This document shows, piece after piece, positions 1 to 8,667 of a stretch of DNA of 64,000 bases. The position numbers and the translations under genes were made by a program. Within the stretch, counting starts at the first letter, position 1, and the number at the start of each line of letters is the position of its first letter. The notes under the pieces are model-generated. The model was not told where the DNA came from and did no database searches. It saw only the letters and a list, made by a program, of their open reading frames with translations. This DNA comes from Coriobacteriales bacterium (lineage in GTDB: Bacteria > Actinomycetota > Coriobacteriia > Coriobacteriales > UBA8131), in contig JAISLY010000004.1 of the NCBI GenBank assembly GCA_031277035.1, forward strand, positions 26,980 through 90,979, given 5' to 3'.

Positions 1-521
1 CGCGGGCCGTTCATACGCGCGACAACGCGGACGGCTGCGCACGGACGCTTGAGGCGCTGCTTGAGATGCAGGCGGGTGGCCCCCAGGGCACGGCGGGCAC
101 CCAGCGCGACCCGCAGACGGACGATTGCACGTACGGCCAGCGCGACCCGCAGACGGGCGGCCGCACGTACGGCCAGCGCGGCCTCATCTTCACAAATCTT
201 GTGGACTTCGATTCGAAGTACGGGCATCGTCGCGACGTTGCTGGCTATGCTCGGGCTCTGGAGGAATTTGACGCCTTTCTCCCTCAACTGCTTGATGCAC
301 TTGCCCCCGACAGCCTGCTGGTGCTTACGGCCGACCACGGCAACGACCCGTGCGCGAAGGGCTTTAATCACACGCGGGAGTATGTGCCGGTGCTGTATCA
401 TGGAGCAGGTGTGTCGTCGCGCGACCTCGGTACCGGCGAGACACTGGCCGACATCGGGGCTACCATCTCCGCCGTCTTGGGCGTTGCGCCACCTCGCAAC
501 GGCAGCCCTGCTGAGATATGA
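1..521 (+). CDS. deoB: Phosphopentomutase, C-terminal part (5' end outside window)
   Basis: Frame 3 is open from the window edge. C-terminal phosphopentomutase motifs are present: NLVDFDSKYGHRRD, LTADHGNDP, HTREYVPVL. It contains an in-frame 36-bp tandem repeat. Confidence 0.85.
   Translation, partial: RAVHTRDNADGCARTLEALLEMQAGGPQGTAGTQRDPQTDDCTYGQRDPQTGGRTYGQRGLIFTNLVDFDSKYGHRRDVAGYARALEEFDAFLPQLLDALAPDSLLVLTADHGNDPCAKGFNHTREYVPVLYHGAGVSSRDLGTGETLADIGATISAVLGVAPPRNGSPAEI
102..180. repeat. 36-bp tandem repeat x2.2 inside deoB (QRDPQTxxxTYG units)
   Basis: cagcgcgacccgcagacgg-N-gcacgtacggc occurs at 102-137 and 138-173, with a partial copy at 174-180. Unit length is a multiple of 3. Confidence 0.9.
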
Positions 522-573
522 GTATATTACTATATGAACATATGAGCATAGTAGTATACGAGCATATACCTCC

Positions 574-2196
574 ATGCAAGATTACGCGTTCATGCAGGAT
601 TATGGCTCTATGGAAGACCGTACTGACACGAGATCGGAGAGAGGTGTGAATCTGACAGCTGCCTTCAGGAGTATGTTTCGCGAGTACGATGTGCGCGGGC
701 GTGTGAGCGACGAGGAGCTCAACGTGCAAAGCGTCCACCTGATTGTCTCCGCATATGCCGACCTTATCGCCGCGCGTGGTATCCGGCGTGCCGTTATCGG
801 GTATGACAACCGCACGGTGTCACCCGCCTTTGCGCAAGAGGCCGCAGACGCATTGGTTGAGGCCGGATTTGAGGTCTTTTCCCTCGGTCTGGCCATCAGC
901 CCCTATGTGTACGCGGCGCAGTATTTCCTCGAATGTGAGGGGGCGGTCATGATTACGGCCAGCCACAATCCTGACGGCTGGAGCGGCTTTAAGTTCGGCA
1001 AAGGCTATTCCAAGACCCTCGAGGCTCCTGATATACGCGAGCTCCTTGAGCGGGTTGAGAAGCGCGCAGCGGACACGCCGCCGCCTCCCTCGCCCGGCAT
1101 CTGCCATACGATCGATCTTCGCGAGCGCTACCTTGAGGAGATTACAAGTCGCATCCACATGGGCCCCAATCCTCCCCGAATCGTCATCGATGCGGGCAAC
1201 GGTGGCGCGGGACTCTTTGCCTGGGAGCTCTTTCATCGTCTGGGGTGTCCGACCTTTCAGCTGAACTGCGACCCGGACACGAATTATCCGCACTACTTCC
1301 CCAATCCGTCCAACCTCCAGGCGCGGGAGGCCTTGCGTGCGATGGTGCTGCATCCCTACATCAAGGCAGAGCTTGGCATCGGATACGATGGAGACGGCGA
1401 CCGCCTGGGCGTTATCGACGAGCGCGGTGAGGATGTCTATTCCGACATGGTGCTGGCTGTGCTCGCGAAGCAACTGCTGGAGCGCAAGCCCGGCGCGACG
1501 GTTGTCTTTGACGTAAAGTGCTCCCGTGCGCTTGAGGAAAGCATCGCAGCGGCTGGCGGTGTGCCCGAGATGTATAAGACCGGGCATTCCTACATCAAGG
1601 CCCATATGCACGAAATCGGGGCCGATCTGGCCGGCGAGCGCAGCGGTCATCTGTTTATCGGCGGCGAGGACTACTTTGGCTTTGACGACGCGGTATTTGC
1701 CTCGGCCAAGCTGGTGGAGTACCTCTCTCATCAAAAAGCGCCCCTCTCCGAAATCATTGCGTCGATGCCGCAGTACGTAACCTCCCCCGAGATAAAGGCT
1801 GAGTGTGCAGATGCGGAGAAGTACGGCGTCGTCGAAGCCGTGACCGCTACCTTCAAGCAGCGCTATCCCGGTCGCGTGAACGACATCAACGGAGCCCGGG
1901 TGAGCTTTGAGCACGGCTGGGGCCTCGTGCGCGCATCTTCCAACCTGCCCGAGCTCGTACTCATCTTTGAGGCGGATACCGAAGCGCATCTGCGCGAGAT
2001 ATATGCAGAGTTCAGGGATGCCCTGGGCGCCTATCCCGCCGTCGCGACGCTCTGGGATAACGATCCGTATCAAAGCACCGCAGGCGACCTGCGTGAGGTC
2101 GATACCGCTGAGTTTGCGGGTGCGCCGGGCGAGGGCGCTGGCGCGGCGGGTGCGGCGGGCGAGGCGGGTGCACCGGGCGCAGCAGTGAAGGGATAA
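574..2196 (+). CDS. Phosphomannomutase/phosphoglucomutase (alpha-D-phosphohexomutase family)
   Basis: Active-site loop TASHNPDGWSGFKF, metal loop GYDGDGDR and sugar loop GERSGH. Gly/Ala-rich C-terminal tail. In-frame alternative starts at 592 and 610. Confidence 0.9.
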   Translation: MQDYAFMQDYGSMEDRTDTRSERGVNLTAAFRSMFREYDVRGRVSDEELNVQSVHLIVSAYADLIAARGIRRAVIGYDNRTVSPAFAQEAADALVEAGFEVFSLGLAISPYVYAAQYFLECEGAVMITASHNPDGWSGFKFGKGYSKTLEAPDIRELLERVEKRAADTPPPPSPGICHTIDLRERYLEEITSRIHMGPNPPRIVIDAGNGGAGLFAWELFHRLGCPTFQLNCDPDTNYPHYFPNPSNLQAREALRAMVLHPYIKAELGIGYDGDGDRLGVIDERGEDVYSDMVLAVLAKQLLERKPGATVVFDVKCSRALEESIAAAGGVPEMYKTGHSYIKAHMHEIGADLAGERSGHLFIGGEDYFGFDDAVFASAKLVEYLSHQKAPLSEIIASMPQYVTSPEIKAECADAEKYGVVEAVTATFKQRYPGRVNDINGARVSFEHGWGLVRASSNLPELVLIFEADTEAHLREIYAEFRDALGAYPAVATLWDNDPYQSTAGDLREVDTAEFAGAPGEGAGAAGAAGEAGAPGAAVKG

Positions 2197-2199
2197 GAC

Positions 2200-3507
2200 G
2201 TGGTCAACGAGCCAATGCACGAGACCAGGGTGCCGCGTGAGCGCGCTCTGCTGGTCGGGATTGAGCGGGCCGAAAGCGACTGGCCCCTGGAGCAATCGCT
2301 GGCCGAACTTGAGCGTCTGGTGGATACGGCCGGGGCCGACGTGGTCGGCTCGGTCTCTCAGCGCCTGAAGACGCCCAACGCCCGCACCTTTATCGGTAAA
2401 GGCAAGGTCAGCGAGGTCGTTATGGCCGCGCACGCCCTTGCCGCCGACGTGGTTGTCTTCGACGACGAGCTGACGCCCACGCAGCAGTCTAATCTGGAGC
2501 GAGAACTGGGCTCGCAGAGCAAGGGCGGGCGCGTCGGCATCAAAATCATCGACCGCACAGCGCTTATCCTCGACATCTTTGCCCTGCACGCCACGAGTCG
2601 AGAAGGCCGCCTGCAGGTGCGCCTCGCGCAGAATCAGTATCTGCTGCCGCGGCTGCGCGGCATGTGGGCGCACCTGGCCGCCGGGCGGATGGGAGGAGGC
2701 GTGGGCTCGCGTTTTGGCGAAGGCGAAAGTCAGCTTGAGGTCGATCGCCGCATGGTGCGCAGGCGCATCGGGCAGATACAGGCCGAGCTGCGTCGGGTGC
2801 AGGACGAGCGGGCGACCCAGCGCAAGGCCCGCCTCGCATCGGGTGTCTTTAAGGTGGCGCTGGCCGGTTATACCAACGCCGGCAAATCCAGCCTGCTCAA
2901 CCGTCTGACCGATGCGGAAACCCTCGTCTACGACAAACTTTTTGCGACCCTCGATTCCACGACCCGACGCCTTGTGCTTCCCGAAGGGCGAGAACTCGTC
3001 TTGACCGACACGGTCGGTTTTATCCAAAAATTGCCGACCACCCTGGTCGAGGCGTTTAAATCGACGCTTGACGAGATTACCGGCGCCGACCTCATCCTGC
3101 GCGTGACAGACGTCTCCGCCGCACAGCGCGATGCCCAGATGCAGGCGGTTCTGGAGATACTGGAGCATATCGGTGCCCACGATATTCCGCAGCTTGTGAT
3201 CTACAACAAGGCCGATCTGCTCGATGCCCGGGAGCAGGACGCCCTCAGGGCCCGCTATCCGCAGGCCCTGCTTGTCTCAGCGCGAACAGGAGAGGGGATT
3301 GATGCCCTGCTTGCGCGTATCGAGAAAATCGCGAATGCGACAAGTTGCCTGCTCACCGTGCTCATTCCCTTTGCGCAGGGCAATCTGGTGCAACTGGCGC
3401 ATGAACGGTGCAGCGTGCTCAGCGAGCAGTACACCGACCAGGGTACCCTGTTGCAGATACAGGTGCCGGAATCGCTGGCGGGACGCTTTGAGCCGTATCT
3501 GAGGTAG
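2200..3507 (+). CDS. hflX: GTPase HflX
   Basis: HflX N-domain, then P-loop GYTNAGKSSLLNRLT, DTVGFI and NKADL. Confidence 0.9.
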   Translation: MVNEPMHETRVPRERALLVGIERAESDWPLEQSLAELERLVDTAGADVVGSVSQRLKTPNARTFIGKGKVSEVVMAAHALAADVVVFDDELTPTQQSNLERELGSQSKGGRVGIKIIDRTALILDIFALHATSREGRLQVRLAQNQYLLPRLRGMWAHLAAGRMGGGVGSRFGEGESQLEVDRRMVRRRIGQIQAELRRVQDERATQRKARLASGVFKVALAGYTNAGKSSLLNRLTDAETLVYDKLFATLDSTTRRLVLPEGRELVLTDTVGFIQKLPTTLVEAFKSTLDEITGADLILRVTDVSAAQRDAQMQAVLEILEHIGAHDIPQLVIYNKADLLDAREQDALRARYPQALLVSARTGEGIDALLARIEKIANATSCLLTVLIPFAQGNLVQLAHERCSVLSEQYTDQGTLLQIQVPESLAGRFEPYLR

Positions 3508-3527
3508 CTTCGAGATTCTGCGTGCCG

Positions 3528-3992
3528 TCAGCGCAACTCCCGGGGCACTGCGGCCGGGTCGAGCACGGTGGTGCAGGCCGGGCAACGAACCGCCGCCTCG
3601 GGAATATCCTGGGTGCAGTAGGGGCAGCTCTTGGTAGCCGGCGCCTCTTCCTTCCTGCGGCTCGAAATTTTGTTGAGCGCCTTCACGAAGAAAAAGACCA
3701 CGAGCGAGAGAGATAGGAAGTTGATGACAGCGGCGATAAACGAGCCGTAGGTAAGTTGTGCCGCATGATCTCCGCTGCCAATCTGGATCATCAGCTTTGA
3801 GAAGTCATAGCCGCCGGTGACGAGCGAGAGAATGGGCGTGATGATGTCGGTGACCAGGGAATTGATGATTGCGGTGAACGCGGCGCCCATGATGACCGCG
3901 ACTGCGAGGTCCATGACATTGCCGCGCGAGACGAAGTCCCGGAACTCCCTCATGATCTTCACGGTGTCCTCCTCATGCACAAATGTCTCCAT
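3528..3992 (-). CDS. mscL: Large-conductance mechanosensitive channel MscL with a C-terminal CxxC...CxxC zinc-ribbon tail
   Basis: FRDFVSRGNVMDLAVAVIMGAAF signature and two TM helices. Tail is CPYCTQDIPEAAVRCPAC. Alternative start at 3953 (MREFRDF). Confidence 0.9.
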   Translation of the reverse strand: METFVHEEDTVKIMREFRDFVSRGNVMDLAVAVIMGAAFTAIINSLVTDIITPILSLVTGGYDFSKLMIQIGSGDHAAQLTYGSFIAAVINFLSLSLVVFFFVKALNKISSRRKEEAPATKSCPYCTQDIPEAAVRCPACTTVLDPAAVPRELR

Positions 3993-4000
3993 AATCGCCC

Positions 4001-4006
4001 ATTATA
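4001..4006 (-). promoter_or_regulatory. Candidate -10 box (TATAAT) 8 nt upstream of the mscL ATG at 3992; possibly a leaderless transcript
   Basis: The minus strand reads TATAAT-gggcgatt-ATG. Confidence 0.3.
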
Positions 4007-4079
4007 GAGGATTGTCGATTGCGATGAGGCCGGTCTGCGAGATGCCGTATGCAGGCGCGTTGAGAAGGGGCGCCGATAC

Positions 4080-4300
4080 GGCGCGGAGCAGGGCGGACGA
4101 GGCTGACGCGGCGCGGAGCAGGGCGGACAAGGCTGACGCGGCGCGCGGGCAGGGTGTTGCCAGAGCTGGCGCGCCGGCGCGGGCAAGGCTGACGCAGCGC
4201 GCGGAGCAGGGCGGACAAGGCTGACGCGTCGGCGCGGGCAAGGCTGATGTGGCGCGCGGGCAGGGTGCCTCCCTAGAGGGCGCGGAGCAGGGCGATGACC
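4080..4300. repeat. Degenerate ~30-bp tandem array (ggcgcggagcagggcggacaaggctgacgc) that runs into the 3' end of lexA
   Basis: Two near-identical units at 4080-4109 and 4110-4139, followed by diverged units. The last lexA codons (gagggcgcggagcagggcgatgacc) resemble the unit. Confidence 0.85.
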
Positions 4301-4923
4301 TTGCCGAGGATGGTAACGTCCCGCACATAGATGGGCTCCATGGTTGGGTTTTCCGGCTGTAGACGAATGCGGTCGGCCTCCCGATAGAAGGTCTTTACCG
4401 TGGCCTCGTCGTCGATCAGGGCGACGACAATCTCTCCATTATTGGGCGAAGCCTGCTCCTTGACCACGACATAGTCGCCGTCGAGAATGCCCGCCTCAAT
4501 CATCGAATCCCCTCTGACCGTGAGCATGAACGAACTTGAGTCGCCGACAATCTGAGCTGGCAGAGCCATGGTTTCTGCAACATTCTGCTCGGCGAGGATG
4601 GGTTCGCCGGCTGCGACCTGACCGACCAGCGGCAGCATGACGATATTGCGCAGAGGATCGGAGGCGCTGCTTGCCGGGTCGCTTGCCTCCTGCCCCACGA
4701 TAGCCAGGCCACGTGCCGTGTCGGCATCGCGCTTGATAAAGCCCTTGGCCTCAAGCGAATTCAGGTGCGAATGCACGGTTGAGGAAGATGACAGGCCGAC
4801 CGCCTCGCCAATCTGACGAACGCTGGGCGGGTAGCCGTTGTGTGCGGTGAACTCGGCCAGGAAGTCCAGGATAGCCTGTTGTCGTCCGGACAGGTCGTCG
4901 CGCTGTTCCATAGCGTGCTCCAT
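4273..4923 (-). CDS. lexA: SOS repressor LexA
   Basis: N-terminal wHTH (RQQAILDFL...GYPPSVRQIGEAVGL). S24 peptidase domain (GDSMIEAGI...VVVK..., KTFY). Confidence 0.93.
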   Translation of the reverse strand: MEHAMEQRDDLSGRQQAILDFLAEFTAHNGYPPSVRQIGEAVGLSSSSTVHSHLNSLEAKGFIKRDADTARGLAIVGQEASDPASSASDPLRNIVMLPLVGQVAAGEPILAEQNVAETMALPAQIVGDSSSFMLTVRGDSMIEAGILDGDYVVVKEQASPNNGEIVVALIDDEATVKTFYREADRIRLQPENPTMEPIYVRDVTILGKVIALLRAL

Positions 4924-4970
4924 TCTTCAAGGTCTGCGAAGGTCAGTATACGGCATGTTTTAAAAAAAAT

Positions 4971-4984
4971 CAAACAAATGTTCG
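4971..4984. promoter_or_regulatory. LexA (Cheo-type) box, variant CAAAC-N4-GTTCG
   Basis: caaacaaatgttcg. It is 28 bp from the next box. Confidence 0.55.
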
Positions 4985-4998
4985 ACAAGCCCTTGCAT

Positions 4999-5012
4999 CG
5001 AACGAACGTTCG
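4999..5012. promoter_or_regulatory. LexA (Cheo-type) box, consensus CGAAC-N4-GTTCG
   Basis: cgaacgaacgttcg is a perfect palindromic half-site pair. It lies in the lexA divergent region. Confidence 0.8.
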
Positions 5013-5026
5013 ATATATCCTATAAA

Positions 5027-5040
5027 CAAACAGATGTTCG
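5027..5040. promoter_or_regulatory. LexA (Cheo-type) box, variant CAAAC-N4-GTTCG
   Basis: caaacagatgttcg. It is 28 bp from the central box and 25 nt upstream of the small ORF's ATG. Confidence 0.55.
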
Positions 5041-5064
5041 GACAGGAATCGGTGAGGAGGAGAC

Positions 5065-5199
5065 ATGCGGGACGAGATCAAAACAGGCAGCACGGACGGG
5101 ATCATGTTAGAGGGCATGAGTGTGAGACAGAAGGCCGCAGCGTCCCTGCTGGCCGGCGGCATTGCGGTAGTGCTGAGCATCATACCGTATATCCTGTAG
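5065..5199 (+). CDS. Unannotated 44-aa small membrane protein (MRDEIKTGSTDGIMLEGMSVRQKAAASLLAGGIAVVLSIIPYIL); candidate SOS-induced division inhibitor or small toxin
   Basis: GAGGAGG lies 4 nt upstream of the ATG. The C-terminus is a hydrophobic helix. The ORF sits between the LexA boxes and nrdR. It is below the 60-aa cutoff of the ORF track. Confidence 0.5.
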   Translation: MRDEIKTGSTDGIMLEGMSVRQKAAASLLAGGIAVVLSIIPYIL

Positions 5200-5274
5200 A
5201 CCCCAGAGCAAAACGCCTTGCTCCACAAGATATGGTGTGATACCCTCATAGTGGTGGAAGGAAATGAGGGTACT

Positions 5275-5721
5275 ATGCGCTGTGCGTCTTGCGGGCACCT
5301 TGAATCAAAAGTCGTTGACTCGCGTCCCTCGGACGATGGGTCCTCTATTCGCAGACGCAGGGAGTGCCTTTTCTGCGGAGCGCGATTTACAACCTATGAG
5401 CGTCAAAATGAGCGGCCGCTTATCGTCATCAAGAATGACCGGAGCTCAGAGCCCTTCGACCGGGAAAAGTTGATGCGCGGTCTGTTGACCGCCGCAACGA
5501 AGCGCGAGATTCCTGCCAGAGAGCTGGAGGCCCTGCTTGACGACGTGGAGGCGGAGATACGCAACACGATGAAAAATGAGGTTCGCTCCAAGGCTTTGGG
5601 CGAGATGGTGCTTGAACGCTTGCGGTCGGTTGACGATGTCGCCTATATTCGCTTCGCGTCGGTCTACAAGGATTTCAAGGACGTTGAGGAGTTCCAGGCT
5701 GCGCTGAAGGGGATGGGCTAG
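5275..5721 (+). CDS. nrdR: Transcriptional repressor NrdR
   Basis: MRCxxCG...DSRP...RRRRECxxCGxRFTTYE zinc ribbon plus an ATP-cone. The track ORF starts at 5218, but the conserved N-terminus begins at ATG 5275. Confidence 0.93.
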   Translation: MRCASCGHLESKVVDSRPSDDGSSIRRRRECLFCGARFTTYERQNERPLIVIKNDRSSEPFDREKLMRGLLTAATKREIPARELEALLDDVEAEIRNTMKNEVRSKALGEMVLERLRSVDDVAYIRFASVYKDFKDVEEFQAALKGMG

Positions 5722-5723
5722 TC

Positions 5724-6362
5724 GTGTCTTTTGCAGTAACGCTTCAGGTCGAGCGGCTCGATAAGGGGTTGCCTCTGCCTGCATACGCGTATCCGGGCGA
5801 CGCCGGACTCGATCTGTGTGCCGCCCAGGACTGCGTTATCGAGCCGCTCGACCGGGTGGTGATTCCGACGGGCCTGCGGGTCGCTGTCCCAGACGGCCAT
5901 GCCGGTTTTGTGCAACCTCGGAGCGGATTGGCCGCCCGGGTGGGGCTTTCGCTGGTTAACACGCCCGGCCTGATAGACAGCCAGTATCGCGGCGAGATTG
6001 CCCTTATCGCCATCAATCTTGATTCCGAAACGCCGATTGAGATCAGGCGGGGCGACCGCGTTGCGCAGTTGGTGATAGTGCCCGTGCCAACGGTGCACAT
6101 TGAGGAGCGTGACGCGCTGGAGGAGACCAGCCGCGCAAGCCGTGGTTTTGGGAGCAGCGGCGTGAGCAGCACCGGAAGTGCGCCCACGACGACCACATCC
6201 GCTGCGCCCGGCGACGCGCCCACACCGCCCGCGCACGGTGACGCACACGGCGACGCGCCCACACCCGCTGCGCCCGGCGACGCGCACGGCGCCGCGCCCA
6301 CACTGCCCACATCCGCTGCGCCCGGCGACACGCCCACACCGCCTGTGCACGGCGCCACCTGA
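5724..6362 (+). CDS. dut: dUTP diphosphatase with a ~65-aa Pro/Ala/Thr repeat tail
   Basis: AGLDL, NTPGLIDSQYRGEI and SRGFGSSG motifs. GTG start lies 2 nt after the nrdR stop. Confidence 0.9.
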   Translation: MSFAVTLQVERLDKGLPLPAYAYPGDAGLDLCAAQDCVIEPLDRVVIPTGLRVAVPDGHAGFVQPRSGLAARVGLSLVNTPGLIDSQYRGEIALIAINLDSETPIEIRRGDRVAQLVIVPVPTVHIEERDALEETSRASRGFGSSGVSSTGSAPTTTTSAAPGDAPTPPAHGDAHGDAPTPAAPGDAHGAAPTLPTSAAPGDTPTPPVHGAT

Positions 6363-6388
6363 AGCCCCTCGACTCTTTAAGGAGACGC

Positions 6389-7495
6389 ATGGATTGGAGC
6401 GCTTTTTTCAGAAGCACAGTCGAGCCTGTTTTGGCCTATCAGCCGGGGCTTCGTGAGGAGCAGATTCGCGAGATTGCCCAGACCGACGCGATCTACAAGC
6501 TCTCCTCAAACGAAAGTCCGCTGCCGCCCTTCCCCTCGGCACTGGCTGCCATGTCAGAGCAACTCCTTACGCTCAATGAATATCCGGACGGTTCCGCGCA
6601 CGAACTGACCCAGCTTCTCGCCTGGCACTACGAGGTCGCACCTGAGCAGATCATGCTCGGCAACGGCTCGAATGAGCTTCTCGACCTGATTGCTGAGACC
6701 TGTTTGCAGGCAGGTGACAACGTTGTCTTCGGCTGGCCGTCTTTTGTCGTCTACCAATCCGCAGCGATGCTCGGCGGAGCTGAATTCAGGCAGATTCCGC
6801 TTTGTCCAGACGGAGCCTACGACCTCGACGCGCTGCTTGCGGCTATCGATGCGCACACGAAGATTGTCTTTATCTGCACACCGAACAATCCGACCGGCAA
6901 CGTTGTGAGCCATGCCGGGCTCGAACGCTTCTTAGACGCGGTACCGGCGCATGTCCTGGTGGTCATAGACGCCGCCTACGAGGAATTCATCGACGAGGAA
7001 GAAGCGCCTGATGCCGCAAAGCCGCTGGTGTATTTTGATGGCCAACGCCCCTATGTCGTCCTCAAGACCTTCTCCAAGATGTACGCGTTGGCCGGCATTC
7101 GCTGTGGCTTTGGTCTTGCCCCGGCCATTCTTGTCGAGATGGTGCACAAGGTGCGCGAGCCCTTTAACGTGAACACGATTGCCCAGGCGGCCGCACGTGC
7201 CAGCCTGGAAGACGTCGCTGAGCGTGCGTATCGTCGTGCCCTGAACACAAAGGGGCGCTCGCGCCTGCAGTCCTGTTTTGCGGCTTTGGGCCTGAAGTAC
7301 CATCCCTCCCAGGCCAATTTTGTCTGGGTTGAGGTTCCGGATGCGACGGCAACCTTTGACGAGCTGCTCAGACGCGGCATCATTGTGAGGCCCTTTGCGG
7401 GGGCAAACGGTCTGCGGGTCACGGTTGGAGATGCGGCAGGCGTCTCGGCGACCATCGCTGCCTTTGAGGATATCTTTGGGCAGGGGCGCGGATGA
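6389..7495 (+). CDS. hisC: Histidinol-phosphate/aromatic aminotransferase (class II PLP)
   Basis: LSSNESP, NPTGN and FSKMYALAGIRCGF (PLP lysine). AAGGAG RBS. Confidence 0.85.
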   Translation: MDWSAFFRSTVEPVLAYQPGLREEQIREIAQTDAIYKLSSNESPLPPFPSALAAMSEQLLTLNEYPDGSAHELTQLLAWHYEVAPEQIMLGNGSNELLDLIAETCLQAGDNVVFGWPSFVVYQSAAMLGGAEFRQIPLCPDGAYDLDALLAAIDAHTKIVFICTPNNPTGNVVSHAGLERFLDAVPAHVLVVIDAAYEEFIDEEEAPDAAKPLVYFDGQRPYVVLKTFSKMYALAGIRCGFGLAPAILVEMVHKVREPFNVNTIAQAAARASLEDVAERAYRRALNTKGRSRLQSCFAALGLKYHPSQANFVWVEVPDATATFDELLRRGIIVRPFAGANGLRVTVGDAAGVSATIAAFEDIFGQGRG

Positions 7496-8667
7496 GCGTG
7501 GCCTCCAGGACAACATCGGAGCACAACAGGCCCTTCGCTTCAATCCTCATCATCGGCGTCGGCCTGATTGGCGGCTCCATTGCGGCGGCCTGCAAGGCTT
7601 TGCCCGAAGGGCAACGGCCCTACATCAGAGGCATCGACATCGATTCGCGCGCGGTCAAGACAGCTGTGGAGCAGGCCTTCCTCGATGAGGGAGCGATTCC
7701 TTCTGACGCGCGAACAGACAGCTGGCTGAGCACCACCGCAGACGACCTCATCGTGCTGGCTACTCCGGCCCGCGAGGCGAAAGCCTGGTTCGAACGCATC
7801 GAGGGCGCCGGGCATCGAGGCGTTCTGACCGACGTCGCCTCCACCAAGGCCGCGCTCACCGCACTGGCAGACGGCATCCTTTCCTGCCCGCAACGCTATA
7901 TTCCCGGGCATCCGATGGCGGGCAGCGAGGTCAATGGCATCGAGGGAGCGCGTGCGACGCTGTTCCAAAACGCGCACTGGATACTCTGTCCCGACGCACA
8001 CAGCGAGCCGGCCGCCTTTACCCGTCTGCACGAGCTGATTACCTCGCTTGGCGCCCGCGGCATCAGTCTGCCACGCGAGGAGCACGACGACGCGATGGCC
8101 ATCGTCAGCCATGTGCCGCATATGGTCGCGAGCGCCCTGGTGCAGCTTGCGGGCACGCATGCAGTTGAGCGGCAGGAAATCTTTAGACTGGCGGCCGGTG
8201 GCTTTAAGGACACGACGCGCATCGCCGCAGGTTCGCCTGAACTGTGGAGCGGTATCGCGCTGGATAATCGCGAGGCGCTCGCGCGCGGTCTGGCCGAGGT
8301 GGGCCGCATCATCAAGGGCTTTGAGCAGGCGCTTGCGCAGGGCGACTCCCGCGGTCTGACCGCGCTGCTCGCCGAGGCAGCCCGCCTGCGCCGCTCGATT
8401 CCCGCGACCTGGGTACCCGACTCAGACCGTCTCGTTGAGGTGCGCATTCCGATGGCCAACCGTGCTGGCGTTATCGCGCAGGTCACGGGTTTCGCGGGCA
8501 AGGCGGGCTGCAACATCCAGTCCATCGACATCGACCACATTAACGAGGCGACCGCCATCCTCGAATTGATTTTGACCGACGAGGGCGATCTTGGCAGCTT
8601 TACGAGTCAGCTTATCGGCGACGGCTTCGATGTCTCGCTTCGCCCGCTGGCCCCCGCAGGCTCATGA
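7492..8667 (+). CDS. tyrA: Prephenate dehydrogenase with a C-terminal ACT domain
   Basis: Rossmann ILIIGVGLIGGS, GHPMAG and a C-terminal ACT-like segment. Overlaps the hisC stop. Confidence 0.85.
   Translation: MSVASRTTSEHNRPFASILIIGVGLIGGSIAAACKALPEGQRPYIRGIDIDSRAVKTAVEQAFLDEGAIPSDARTDSWLSTTADDLIVLATPAREAKAWFERIEGAGHRGVLTDVASTKAALTALADGILSCPQRYIPGHPMAGSEVNGIEGARATLFQNAHWILCPDAHSEPAAFTRLHELITSLGARGISLPREEHDDAMAIVSHVPHMVASALVQLAGTHAVERQEIFRLAAGGFKDTTRIAAGSPELWSGIALDNREALARGLAEVGRIIKGFEQALAQGDSRGLTALLAEAARLRRSIPATWVPDSDRLVEVRIPMANRAGVIAQVTGFAGKAGCNIQSIDIDHINEATAILELILTDEGDLGSFTSQLIGDGFDVSLRPLAPAGS

Noticed and set aside
820-3180. A 786-aa ORF on the minus strand spanning the phosphohexomutase and hflX genes. 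Similar very long antisense ORFs occur at 25496-26815, 38297-40243, 40792-42216, 54073-55107, 20620-21651 and 58398-59225.
   Set aside because: These are typical high-GC shadow ORFs. Their translations are Arg/Gly/Ala/His-rich with no recognisable motifs, while the opposite strand encodes proteins with clear conserved catalytic signatures.
4080-4300. CRISPR arrays as an explanation for the many tandem arrays (also 10331-10420, 37447-37650 and 56141-56350).
   Set aside because: The units are directly adjacent with no unique spacers, they degenerate progressively, and there are no cas genes. They are minisatellite-like tandem repeats.
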